From the human T2T-CHM13v2.0 reference genome, Homo sapiens: a DNA stretch of 64,000 bases. The stretch lies in the NCBI RefSeq assembly GCF_009914755.1, contig NC_060946.1, one strand, 5' to 3'. Positions within the stretch are counted from its first letter, which is position 1. Each line of letters opens with the position of its first letter. The notes beneath the pieces were generated by a model. That model had not been told where the DNA came from. It saw nothing but the letters and a program-made list of their open reading frames with translations, and searched no databases. Of the stretch, positions 28,301 through 42,000 are shown one piece after another. The position numbers and the translations under genes were made by a program.

Positions 28301-29277
28301 ACCCAGGTGATATAACTCTTCTCTAGGATCTGCCTACAGGGTGCTTTGTGACATATCCCTGCACTGATCTCCCAGGTGACCTAACTCTGGTCTAAGCTCT
28401 GCCTAAAGGGGCATTGTGACAGATCTCTGCACTGATCACTCAGGTGATGTAACTATTGTCTAGGCTCTGCTTAAAGGGGCCTTGTCACATATCCCTGCAC
28501 TGATCACCCAGGTGATGTAACTCTTGTCTAGGCTCTGCTTCCAGGGCATATTGTGACATAACTATGCACTGACCACCTTAGTGATGTAACACTTGTGTAG
28601 GCTCGGCCTACAGAGGAATCTTGACATATCTCTGCCCTGTTAAACGAGGTGATTTAACTCTTGTCTAGGCTGTGCCCACAGGGGGATTGAGACATATCTC
28701 TGCACTGATCCTGAGGTGATCCAACTCTTGCCTGGTCTCTGCCTACTGGGGACATTGTGACATATCTCTGCACTGATCTCCCAGGTGCTGTAAATTTTGT
28801 CTAGGCTCTGGCTACACCGCATTGTGACTTATCACTGCACTGATCACCCAGGCGATACAACTCTTGTCTAGGCTCTGCCTACAATGGTCTTGTGACATAT
28901 CTCTGCACTGATCACCCAGGTGATATAACTCTTCTCTAGGATCTGACCACGGGGTGCTTTGTGACATATCCCTGCCATGATCACACAGGTGATATACCAC
29001 TTGCCAAGGCTCTGCTTACAGGGGCATTGCAACGTATCTCTGCACTGAACACCTAGGACTTGTAGCTATTTTCTAGGATCTGCCTACAGGGTGCTTTGTG
29101 ACGGGTCCCAGCAAGGATTACCCAGGTGATGTACCTCTCATCAAGGCTCTGCCTACAGGCACATTGCGATATATCTCTGCACTGATCCCCAAGGTCATGT
29201 AACTTTTGTCTAGGCTCTACCTACGATGGTATTGTGACATATCTCTGCACTAATCATCCAAGTGATGTAACACTTGT
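25330..29277. repeat. Two 29-mer HORs (1974 bp each), lineage A
   Basis: Landmarks at 25330, 27304 and 29278; the 'aatggtctt' monomer is present at ~26909 and ~28883. Confidence 0.9.
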
Positions 29278-32200
29278 CTAGGATGTGCCTAAATTAACTT
29301 TTTGACATAACCCTGTACTGATCATCCAGGTGATGGGGCTTTTGTCTAGGCTCTGCCTAAGGGGGCATTGTGACATATTTCTGCATTGATCACCCAGGTG
29401 GCGAACTCTTCTCTCGGATCTGCCTATGGGGGCATTGTGAGAAATCTCTGCACTGATCACCCAGGTGATGTAACTGTTGTGTAACCTCTGCCTACAGGGG
29501 AATTGTGAGAGATCTCGCCACTGATTACCCAAGTGATGTAACCATTGTCTAGGCTTTGCGTACAGGGGGCTTTGTGACATACCTTTGCACTGATCACCCA
29601 GGTGATGTAACACATCAAAGTTCGGCCTAAAGGAGCTTTGTGATATATCTCTGCACTGATCATTTAAGTGATGTAACACTTTTATAATCACTGCCTACAG
29701 GGAATTTTGCCAAATCTCTGCACTGATCACCTAGGTGATGTAACTCTTGTCTACCCTCTGTCCAACGGGGCATTGTGAAATGTCTCTGCACTGATCACCC
29801 AGGTGATTCAACTCTTGACTAGGAACTGCCTACAGAGGTTATTGTGAAATATCTCTGCACTGATAAAATAGGTGGGGTAACCCTTGTCCAAGCTCTGCCT
29901 ACAGGGGCGTTTCCAGATATCCCTGAACTGATGACAAAGGTGATGTAACTCTTGCCTAGGCTTTGCCTACAGGGAACATTGGACATATATCTGCACTGAT
30001 CACCCAGGTGATGCAACTCTTGCCTAGGCTTTGCCTACAGGGGACATTGTGACATATCTCTTCAATGATCACTCATGTGATGCATCTCTTGCCTAGGCTT
30101 TGCCTACAGGCGACATTGTGACATATCTCTGCACTGATCTCCCAGGTGCTGTAACTTTAGTCTAGGCTCTGGCTACACGGCATTGTGACATATCTCTGCA
30201 CTGATCAACCAGGTGATATAACTCTTGTATAGGCTCTGCCTAGAGCGGGATTGTGACCTACCTCTGCACTGATCACCCAGGTGATATAACTCTTCTCTAG
30301 GATCTGCCTACAGGGTACTTTGTGACATATCCCTGCACTGATCACCCAGGTGATCTAACTCTGGTCTAAACTCTGCCTAAAGGGGCATTGTGACAGATCT
30401 CTGCACTGATCCCTCTGGTGATGTAAGTATTGTCTAGGCTCTGCTTCAAGGGGCCTTGTCACATATCTCTGCACTGATCATCCAGGTGATGTAACTCTTG
30501 TCTAGGCTCTGCTTCCAGGGCATATTGTGACATATCTATGCACTGATCACGTTAGTGATGTAACACTTTGGTAGGCTCGGCCTACAGGGGAATCTTGACA
30601 TATCTCTGCACTGTTAACCGAGGTGATTTAACCCTTGTCTAGGCTGTGCCCACAGGGGGATTGAGACATATCTCTGCACTGATCCCGAGGTGATACAACT
30701 CTTGCCTGGTCTCTGCCTACTGTGGACATTGTGACATATCTCTGCACTGATCTCCCGGGTGCTGTAACTTTAGTCTAGGCTCCGGCTACAAGGCATTGTG
30801 ACATATCACTGCACTGATCACCCAGGCGATATAACTCTTCTCTAGGATGTGAACACAGGGTGCTTTGTGACATATCCCTGCAATGATCACCCAGGTGATA
30901 TACCACTTGCCAAGGCTCTGCCTACAGGGGCATTGCAATGTATCTCTGCACTGATCACCTAGGTCTTGTAGCTATTTTCTAGGATCTGCCTACAGGGTGC
31001 TTTGTGACGTGTCCCAGCAAGGATTACCCAGGTGATGTACCTCTCATCAAGGCTCTGCCTACAGGCACATTGTGATGTATCTCTGCACTGATCACCTAGG
31101 TCATGTAAATTTTTTCTAGGCTCTACCTACGATGGCATTGTGTCATATCTCTGCACTAATCATCCAAGTGATGTAACTCTTGTCTAGGATGTGCCTAAAT
31201 TAACTTTTTGACATAACCCTGTACTGATCATCCAGGTGATGGAGCTTTTGTCTAGGCTCTGCTAAGGGGGCATTGTGACATATTTCTGCATTGATCACCC
31301 AGGTGGCGAACTCTTCTCTCGGATCTGCCTATGGGGGCATTGTGAGAAATCTCTGCACTGATCACCCATGTGATGTAACTGTTGTGTAACCTCTGCCTAC
31401 AGGTTAATTGTGAGAGATCTCGTCACTGATTACCCAAGTGATGTAACCATTGTCTAAGCTTTGCGTACAGGGGGCTTTGTGACATACCTTTGCACTGATC
31501 ACCCAGGTGAGGTAACACATCAAAGTTCGGCCTAAAGGAGCTTCGTGATATATCTCTGCACTGATCACTTAGGTGATGTAACACTTTTATAATCACTGCC
31601 TACAGGGAATTTTGACAAATCTCTGCACTGATCACCTAGGTGATGTAACTTTTGTCTACCCTCTGTCCAACGGGGCATTGTGAAATGTCTCTGCACTGAT
31701 CACCCAGGTGATTCAACTCTTGACTAGGAACTGCCTACAGAGGTTATTGTGAAATATCACTGCACTGATAAGCTAGGTGGGGTAACCCCTGTCCAAGCTC
31801 TGCCTACAGGGGCGTTTCCACATATCCCTGAACTGATGACAAAGGTGATGTAACCCTTGCCTAGGCTTTGCCCACAGGGAACATTGGACATATATCTGCA
31901 CTGATCACCCAGGTGATGCAACTCTTGCCTAGGCTTTGCCTACAGGGGACATTGTGACATATCTCTTCAATGATCACTCATGTGATGCATCTCTTGCCTA
32001 GGCTTTGCCTACAGGGGACATTGTGACATATCTCTGCACTGATCTCCCAGGTGCTGTAACTTTAGTCTAGGCTCTGGCTACACGGCATTGTGACACATCA
32101 CTGCACTGATCAACCAGGTGATATAACTCTTGTATAGGCTCTGCCTACAGTGGGATTGTGACCTACCTCTGCACTGATCACCCAGGTGATATAACTCTTC

Positions 32201-33088
32201 TCTAGGATCTGCCTACAGGGTACTTTGTGACATATCCCTGCACTGATCAACCAGGTGATCTAACTCAAGTCTAAGCTCTGCCTAAAGGGGCATTGTGACA
32301 GATCTCTGCACTGATCCCTCTGGTGATGTAAGTATTGTCTAGGCTCTGCTTCAAGGGGCCTTGTCACATATCTCTGCACTGATCACCCAGGTGATGTAAC
32401 TCTTGTCTAGGCTCTGCTTCCAGGGCATATTGTGACATATCTATGCACTGATCACCTTAGTGATGTAACATTTTGGTAGGCTCGGCCTACAGGGGAATCT
32501 TGACATATCTCTGCACTGTTAACCGAGGTGATTTAACTCTTGTTTAGCCTGTGCCCACAGGGGGATTGAGACATAACTCTGCACTGATCCCGAGGTGATA
32601 CAACTCTTGCCTGGTCTCTGCCTACTGTGGACTTTGTGACATATCTCTGCACTGATCTCCCAGGTGCTGTAACTTTAGCCTAGGCTCCGGCTACACGGCA
32701 TTGTGACATATCACTGCACTGATCACCCAGGCGATATAACTCTTCTCTAGGATCTGACCACAGGGTGCATTGTGACATATCCCTGCAATGATCACCCAGG
32801 TGATATACCACTTGCCAAGGCTCTGCATACAGGGGCATTTCAATGTATCTCTGCACTGATCACCTAGGTCTTGTAGCTATTTTCTAGGATCTGCCTACAG
32901 GGTGATTTGTGACGTGTCTCAGCAAGGATTACCCAGGTGATGTACCTCCCATCAATGCTCTGCCTACAGGCACATTGTGATGTATCTCTGCACTGATCAC
33001 CTCGGTCATGTAACTTTTTTCTGGGCTCTACCTACGATGGCATTGTGACATATCTCTGCACTAATCATCCAAGTGATGTAACTCTTGT
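29278..33088. repeat. Two 28-mer HORs (1906, 1905 bp), lineage B after ~29600
   Basis: Landmarks at 29278, 31184 and 33089; B-type variants aagtatt, cttcaagggg, ctttggtagg and gttaaccgagg. Confidence 0.88.
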
Positions 33089-36000
33089 CTAGGATGTGCC
33101 TAAATTAACTTTTTGACATAACCCTGTACTGATCATCCAGGTGATGGAGCTTTTGTCTAGGCTCTGCCTAAGGGGGCATTGTGACATATTTCTGCATTGA
33201 TCACCCAGGTGGCGAACTTTTCTCTCGGATCTGCCTATGTGGGCATTGTGAGAAATCTCTGCACTGATCACCCAGGTGATGTAACTGTTGTGTAACCTCT
33301 GCCTACAGGTTAATTGTGAGAGATCTCGTCACTGATTACTCAAGAGATGTAACCATTGTCTTCGCTTTGCGTACAGGGGGCTTTGTGACATACCTTTGCA
33401 CTGATCACCCAGGTGATGTAACAAATCAAAGTTCGGCCTAAAGGAGCTTTGTGATATATCTCTGCACTGATCACTTAGGTGATGTAACACTTTTATAATC
33501 ACTGCCTACAGGGAATTTTGCCAAATCTCTGCACTGATCACCTAGGTGATGTAACTCTTGTCTACCCTCTGTCCAACGGGGCATTGTGAAATGTCTCTGC
33601 ACTGATCACCCAGATGATTCAACTCTTGACTAGGAACTGCCTACAGAGGTTATTGTGAAATATCTCTGCACTGATAAACTAGGTGGTGTAACCCTTGTCC
33701 AAGCTCTGCCTACAGGGGCGTTTCCACATATCCCTGAACTGATGACAAAGGTGATGTAACTCTTGCCTAGGCTTTGCCTACAGGGAACATTGGACATATA
33801 TCTGCACTGATCACCCAGGTGATGCAACTCTTGCCTAGGCTTTGCCTACAGGGGACATTGTGGCATATCTCTTCAATGATCACTCATGTGATGCATCTCT
33901 TGCCTAGGCTTTGTCTACAGGGGACATTGTGACATATCTCTGCACTGATCTCCCAGGTGCTGTAACTTTAGTCTACGCTCTGGCTACACGGCATTGTGAC
34001 ATATCACTGCACTGATCAACCAGGTGATATAACTCTTGTATAGGCTCTGCCTACAGGGGGATTGTGACCTACCTCTGCACTGATCACCCAGGTGATATAA
34101 CTCTTCTCTAGGATCGGCCTACAGGGTACTTTGTGACACATCCCTGCACTGATCACCCAGGTGATCTAACTCTGGTCTAAGCTCTGCCTAAAGGGGCATT
34201 GTGACAGATCTCTGCACTGATCAGTCTGGTGATGTAAGTATTGTCTAGGCTCTGCTTCAAGGGGCCTTGTCACATATCTCTGCACTGATCACCCAGGTGA
34301 TGTAACTCTTGTCTAGGCTCTGCTTCCAGGGCATATTGTGATATATCTATGCACTGATCACCTTAGTGATGTAACACTTTGGTAGGCTCGGCCTACAGGG
34401 GAATCTTGACATATCTCTGCACTGTTAACCGAGGTGATTTAACTCTTGTCTAGGCTGTGCCCACAGGGGGATTGAGACATATCTCTTCACTGATCCCGAG
34501 GTGATACAACTCTTGCCTGGTCTCTGCCTACTGTGGACATTGTGACATATCTCTGCACTGATGTCCCAGGTGCTGTAACTTTAGTCTAGGCTCTGGCTAC
34601 ACGGCATTGTGACATATCACTGCACTGATCAACCAGGTGATATAACTCTTGTATAGACTCTGCCTACAGGGGGATTGTGACCTACCTCTGCACTGATCAC
34701 CCAGGTGATATAACTCTTCTCTAGGATCTGCCTACAGGGTACTTTGTGACACCTCCCTGCACTGATCACCCAGGTGATCTAACTCTGGTCTAAGCTCTGC
34801 CTAAAGGGGCATTGTGACAGATCTCTGCACTGATCACTCTGGTGATGTAAGTATTGTCTAGGCTCTGCTTCAAAGGGCCTTGTCACATATCTCTGCACTG
34901 ATCACCCAGGTGATGTAACTCTTGTCTAGGCTCTGCTTCCAGGGCATATCGTGACATATGTATGCACTGATCACCTTAGTGATGTAACACTTTGGTAGGC
35001 TCGGCCTACAGAGGAATCTTGACATATCTCTGCACTGTTAACCGCGGTGATTTAACTCTTGTCTAGGCTGTGACCACAGGGGGATTGAGACATATCTCTG
35101 CACTGATCCCGAGGTGATACAACTCTTGCCTGGTCTCTGCCTACTGTGGACATTGTGACATATCTCTGCACTGATGTCCCAGGAGCTGTAACTTTAGTCT
35201 AGGCTCTGGCTACACGGCATTGTGACATATCACTGCACTGATCACCCAGGCGATATAACTCTTCTCTAGGATCTGACCACAGGGTGCTTTGTGACATATC
35301 CCTGCAATGATCACCCAGGTGATATACCACTTGCCAAGGCTCTGCCTACAGGGGCATTGCAATGTATCTCTGCACTGATCACCTAGGTCTTGTAGCTATT
35401 TTCTAGGATCTGCCTACAGGGTGCTTTGTGACGTGTCCCAGCAAGGATTACCCAGGTGATGTACCTCTCATCAAGGCTCTGCCTACAGGCACATTGTGAT
35501 GTATCTCTGCACTGATCACCTAGGTCATGTAACTTTTTTCTAGGCTCTACCTACGATGGCATTGTGAAATATCTCTGCACTAATTATCCTAGTGATGTAA
35601 CTCTTGTCTAGGATGTGCCTAAATTAACTTTTTGACATAACCCTGTACTGATCATCCAGGTGATGGAGCTTTTGTCTAGGCTCTGCCTAAGGGGGCATTG
35701 TGACATATTTCTGCATTGATCACCCAGGTGTCGAACTCTTCTCTCGGATCTGCCTATGGGGGCATTGTGAGAAATCTCTGCACTGATCACCCAGGTGATG
35801 TAACTGTTGTGTAACCTCTGCCTACAGGGGAATTGTGAGAGATCTCGTCACTCATTACCCAAGTGATGTAACCATTGTCTAGGCTTTGCGTACAGGGGGC
35901 TTTGTGACATACCTTTGCACTGATCACCCAGGTGATGTAACACATCTAAGTTCGGCCTAAAGGAGCTTTGTGACATATCTCTGCACTGATCACTTAGGTG

Positions 36001-39000
36001 ATGTAACACTTTTATAATCACTGCCTACAGGGAATTTTGACAAATCTCTGCACTGATCACCTAGGTGATGTAACTCTTGTCTACCCTCTCTCCAACGGGG
36101 CATTGTGAAATGTCTCTGCACTGATCACCCAGGTGATTCAACTCTTGACTAGGAACTGCCTACAGAGGTTATTGTGAAATATCTCTGCACTGATAAACTA
36201 GGTGGTGTAACCCTTGTCCAAGCTCTGCCTACAGGGGCGTTTCCACATATCCCTGAACTGATGACAAAGGTGATGTAACTCTTGCCTAGGCTTTGTCTAC
36301 AGGGAACATTGGACATATATCTGCACTGATCACCCAGGTGATGCAACTCTTGCCTAGGCTTTGCCTACAGGGGACATTGTGACATATCTCTTCAATGATC
36401 ACTCATTTGATGCATCTCTTGCCTAGGCTTTGCCTACAGGGACATTGTGACATATCTCTGCACTGATCTCCCAGGTGCTGTAACTTTAGTCTAGGCTCTG
36501 GCTACACGGCTTTGTGACATATCACTGCACTGATCAACCAGGTGATATAACTCTTGTATAGACTCTGCCTACAGGGGGATTGTGACCTACCTCTGCACTG
36601 ATCACCCAGGTGATATAACTCTTCTCTAGGATCTGCCTACAGGGTACTTTGTGACACATCCCTGCACTGATCACCCAGGTGATCTAACTCTGGTCTAAGC
36701 TCTGCCTAAAGGGGCATTGTGACAGATCTCTGCACTGATCAGTCTGGTGATGTAAGTATTGTCTAGGCTCTGCTTCAAGGGGCCTTGTCACATATCTCTG
36801 CACTGATCACCCAGGTGATGTAACTCTTGTCTAGGCTCTGCTTCCAGGGCATATTGTGATATATCTATGCACTGATCACCTTAGTGATGTAACACTTTGG
36901 TAGGCTCGGCCTACAGGGGAATCTTGACATATCTCTGCACTGTTAACCGAGGTGATTTAACTCTTGTCTAGGCTGTGCCCACAGGGGGATTGAGACATAT
37001 CTCTGCACTGATCCCGAGGTGATACAACTCTTGCCTGGTCTCTGCCTAGTGTGGACATTGTGACATATCTCTGAACTGATCTCCCAGGTGCTGTAACTTT
37101 AGTCTGGGCTCCGGCTACACGGCATTGTGACATATCACTGCACTGATCACCCAGGCGATATAACTCTTCTCTAGGATCTGACCACAGGGTGCTTTGTGAC
37201 ATATCCCTGCAATGATCACCCAGGTGATATACCACTTGCCAAGGCTCTGCCTACAGGGGCATTGCAATGTATCTCTGCACTGATCACCTAGGTCTTGTAG
37301 CTATTTTCTAGGATCTGCCTACAGGGTGCTTTGTGACGTGTCCCAGCAAGGATTACCCAGGTGATGTACCTCTCATCAAGGCTCTGCCTACAGGCACATT
37401 GTGATGTATCTCTGCACTGATCACCTCGGTCATGTAACTTTTTTCTAGGCTCTACCTACGATAGCATTGTGACATATCTCTGCACTAATCATCCAAGTGA
37501 TGTAACTCTTGTCTAGGATGTGCCTAAATTAACTTTTTGACATAACCCTGTACTGATCATCCAGGTGATGGAGCTTTTGTCTAGGCTCTGTCTAAGGGGG
37601 CATTGTGACATATTTCTGCATTGATCACCCAGGTGGCGAACTCTTCTCTCGGATCTGCCTATGGGGGCATTGTGAGAAATCTCTGCACTGATCACCCAGG
37701 TGATGTAACTGTTGTGTAACCTCTGCCTACAGGGGAATTGTGAGAGATCTCGTCACTGATTACCCAAGTGATGTAACCATTGTCTAGGCTTTGCGTACAG
37801 GGGGCTTTGTGACATACCTTTGCACTGATCACCCAGGTGATGTAACACATCTAAGTTCGGCCTAAAGGAGCTTTGTGACATATCTCTGCACTGATCACTT
37901 AGGTGATGTAACACTTTTATAATCACTGCCTACAGGGAATTTTGACAAATCTCTGCACTGATCACCTAGGTGATGTCACTCTTGTCTACCCTCTGTCCAA
38001 CGGGGCATTGTGAAATGTCTCTGCACTGATCACCCAGGTGATTCAACTCTTGACTAGGAACTGCCTACAGAGGTTATTGTGAAATATCTCTGCAATGATA
38101 AACTAGGTGGTGTAACCATTGTCCAAGCTCTGCCTACAGGGGCGTTTCCACATATCCCTGAACTGATGACAAAGGTGATGTAACTCTTGCCTAGGCTTTG
38201 CCTACAGGGAACATTGGACATACATCTGCACTGATCACCCAGGTGATGCAACTCTTGCCTAGGCTTTGCCTACAGGGGACATTGTGACATATCTCTTCAA
38301 TGATCACTCATGTGATGCATCTCTTGCCTAGGCTTTGCCTACAGGCGACATTGTGACATATCTCTGCACTGATCTCCCAGGTGCTGTAACTTTAGTCTAG
38401 GCTCTGGCTACACGGCATTGTGACATATCACTGCACTGATCAACCAGGTGATATAACTCTTGTATAGGCTCTGCCTACAGGGGGATTGTGACCTACCTCT
38501 GCACTGATCACCCAGGTGACATAACTCTTCTCTAGGATCTGCCTACAGGGTACTTTGTGACATATCCCTGCACTGATCACCCAGGTGATCTAACTCTGGT
38601 CTAAGCTCTGCCTAAAGGGGCATTGTGACAGATCTCTGCACTGATCACTCTGGTGATGTAAGTATTGTCTATGCTCTGCTTCAAGGGGCCTTGTCACATA
38701 TCTCTGCACTGATCACCCAGGTGATGTAACTCTTCTCTAGGCTCTGCTTCCAGGGCATATTGTGACATATCTATGCACTGATCACCTTAGTGATGTAACA
38801 CTTTGGTAGGCTCGGCCTACAGGGTAATCTTGACATATCTCTGCACTGTTAACCGAGGTGATTTAACTCTTGTCTAGGCTGTGCCCACAGGGGGATTGAG
38901 ACATATCTCTGCACTGATCCCGAGGTGATACAACTCTTGCCTGGTCTCTGCCTACTGTGGACATTGTGACATATCTCTGCACTGATGTCCCATGTGCTGT

Positions 39001-42000
39001 AACTTTAGTCTAGGCTCTGGCTACATGGCATTGTGACATATCACTGCACTGATCAACCAGGTGATATAACTCTTGTATAGACTCTGCCTACAGGGGGATT
39101 GTGACCTACCTCTGCACTGATCACCCAGGTGATATAACTCTTCTCTAGGATCTGCCTACAGGGTACTTTGTGACACATCCCTGCACTGATCACCCAGGTG
39201 ATCTAACTCTGGTCTAAGCTCTGCCTAAAGGGGCATTGTGACAGATCTCTGCACTGATCAGTCTGGTGATGTAAGTATTGTCTAGGCTCTGCTTCAAGGG
39301 GCCTTGTCACATATCTCTGCACTGATCACCCAGGTGATGTAACTCTTGTCTAGGCTCTGCTTCCAGGGCATATTGTGATATATCTATGCACTGATCACCT
39401 TAGTGATGTAACACTTTGGTAAGCTCGGCCTACAGGGGAATCTTGACATATCTCTGCACTGTTAACCGAGGTGATTTAACTCTTGTCTAGGCTGTGCCCA
39501 CAGGGGGATTGAGACATATCTCTGCACTGATCCCGAGGTGATACAACTCTTGCCTGGTCTCTGCCTAGTGTGGACATTGTGACATATCTCTGAACTGATC
39601 TCCCAGGTGCTGTAACTTTAGTCTGGGCTCCGGCTACACGGCATTGTGACATATCACTGCACTGATCACCCAGGCGATATAACTCTTCTCTAGGATCTGA
39701 CCACATGGTGCTTTGTGACATATCCCTGCAATGATCACCCAGGTGATATACCACTTGCCAAGGCTCTGCCTACAGGGTCATTGCAATGTATCTCTGCACT
39801 GATCACCTAGGTCTTATAGCTCTTTTCTAGCATCTGCCTACAGGGTGCTTTGTGACGTGTCCCAGCAAGGATTACCCAGGTGATGTACCTCTCATCAAGG
39901 CTCTGCCTACAGGCACATTGTGATGTCTGTCTGCACTGATCACCTCGGTCATGTAACTTTTTTCTAGGCTCTACCTACGATGGCATTGTGACATATCTCT
40001 GCACTAATCATCCAAGTGATGTAACTCTTGTCTAGGATGTGCCTAAATTAACTTTTTGACATAACCCTGTACTGATCATCCAGGTGATGGAGCTTTTGTC
40101 TAGGCTCTGCCTAAGGGGGCATTGTGACATATTTCTGCGTTGATCACCCAGGTGGCGAACTCTTCTCTCGGATCTGCCTATGGGGGCATTGTGAGAAATC
40201 TGCACTGATCACCCAGGTGATGTAACTGTTGTGTAACCTCTGCCTACAGGGTAATTGTGAGAGATCTCGTCACTGATTACCCAAGTGATGTAACCATTGT
40301 CTAGGCTTTGCGTACAGGGGGCTTTGTGACATACCTTTGCACTGATCACCCAGGTGATGTAACACATCTAAGTTCGGCCTAAAGGAGCTTTGTGACATAT
40401 CTCTGCACTGATCACTTAGGTGATGTAACACTTTTATAATCACTGCCTACAGGGAATTTTGACAAATCTCTGCACTGATCACCTAGGTGATGTCACTCTT
40501 GTCTACCCTCTGTCCAACGGGGCATTGTGAAATGTCTCTGCACTGATCACCCAGGTGATTCAACTCTTGACTAGGAACTGCCTACAGAGGTGATTGTGAA
40601 ATATCTCTGCAATGATAAACTAGGTGGTGTAACCATTGTCCAAGCTCTGCCTACAGGGGCGTTTCCACATATCCCTGAACTGATGACAAAGGTGATGTAA
40701 CTCTTGCCTAGGCTTTGCCTACAGGGAACATTGGACATATATCTGCACTGATCACCCAGGTGATGCAACTCTTGCCTAGGCTTTGCCTACAGGGGACATT
40801 GTGACATATCTCTTCAATGATCACTCATGTGATGCATCTCTTGCCTAGGCTTTGCCTACAGGGGACATTGTGACATATCTCTGCACTGATCTCCCAGGTG
40901 CTGTAACTTTAGTCTAGGCTCTGGCTACACGGCATTGTGACATATCACTGCACTGATCAACCAGGTGATATAACTCTTGTATAGGCTCTGCCTACAGGGG
41001 GATTGTGACCTACCTCTGCACTGATCACCCAGGTGACATAACTCTTCTCTAGGATCTGCCTACAGGGTACTTTGTGACATATCCCTGCACTGATCACCCA
41101 GGTGATCTAACTCTGGTCTAAGCTCTGCCTAAAGGGGCATTGTGACAGATCTCTGCACTGATCACTCTGGTGATGTAAGTATTGTCTATGCTCTGCTTCA
41201 AGGGGCCTTGTCACATATCTCTGCACTGATCACCCAGGTGATGTAACTCTTCTCTAGGCTCTGCTTCCAGGGCATATTGTGACATATCTATGCACTGATC
41301 ACCTTAGTGATGTAACACTTTGGTAGGCTCGGCCTACAGGGTAATCTTGACATATCTCTGCACTGTTAACCGAGGTGATTTAACTCTTGTCTAGGCTGTG
41401 CCCACAGGGGGATTGAGACATATCTCTGCACTGATCCCGAGGTGATACAACTCTTGCCTGGTCTCTGCCTACTGTGGACATTGTGACATATCTCTGCACT
41501 GATGTCCCATGTGCTGTAACTTTAGTCTAGGCTCTGGCTACATGGCATTGTGACATATCACTGCACTGATCAACCAGGTGATATAACTCTTGTATAGACT
41601 CTGCCTACAGGGGGATTGTGACCTACCTCTGCACTGATCACCCAGGTGATATAACTCTTCTCTAGGATCTGCCTACAGGGTACTTTGTGACACATCCCTG
41701 CACTGATCACCCAGGTGATCTAACTCTGGTCTAAGCTCTGCCTAAAGGGGCATTGTGACAGATCTCTGCACTGATCAGTCTGGTGATGTAAGTATTGTCT
41801 AGGCTCTGCTTCAAGGGGCCTTGTCACATATCTCTGCACTGATCACCCAGGTGATGTAACTCTTGTCTAGGCTCTGCTTCCAGGGCATATTGTGATATAT
41901 CTATGCACTGATCACCTTAGTGATGTAACACTTTGGTAAGCTCGGCCTACAGGGGAATCTTGACATATCTCTGCACTGTTAACCGAGGTGATTTAACTCT

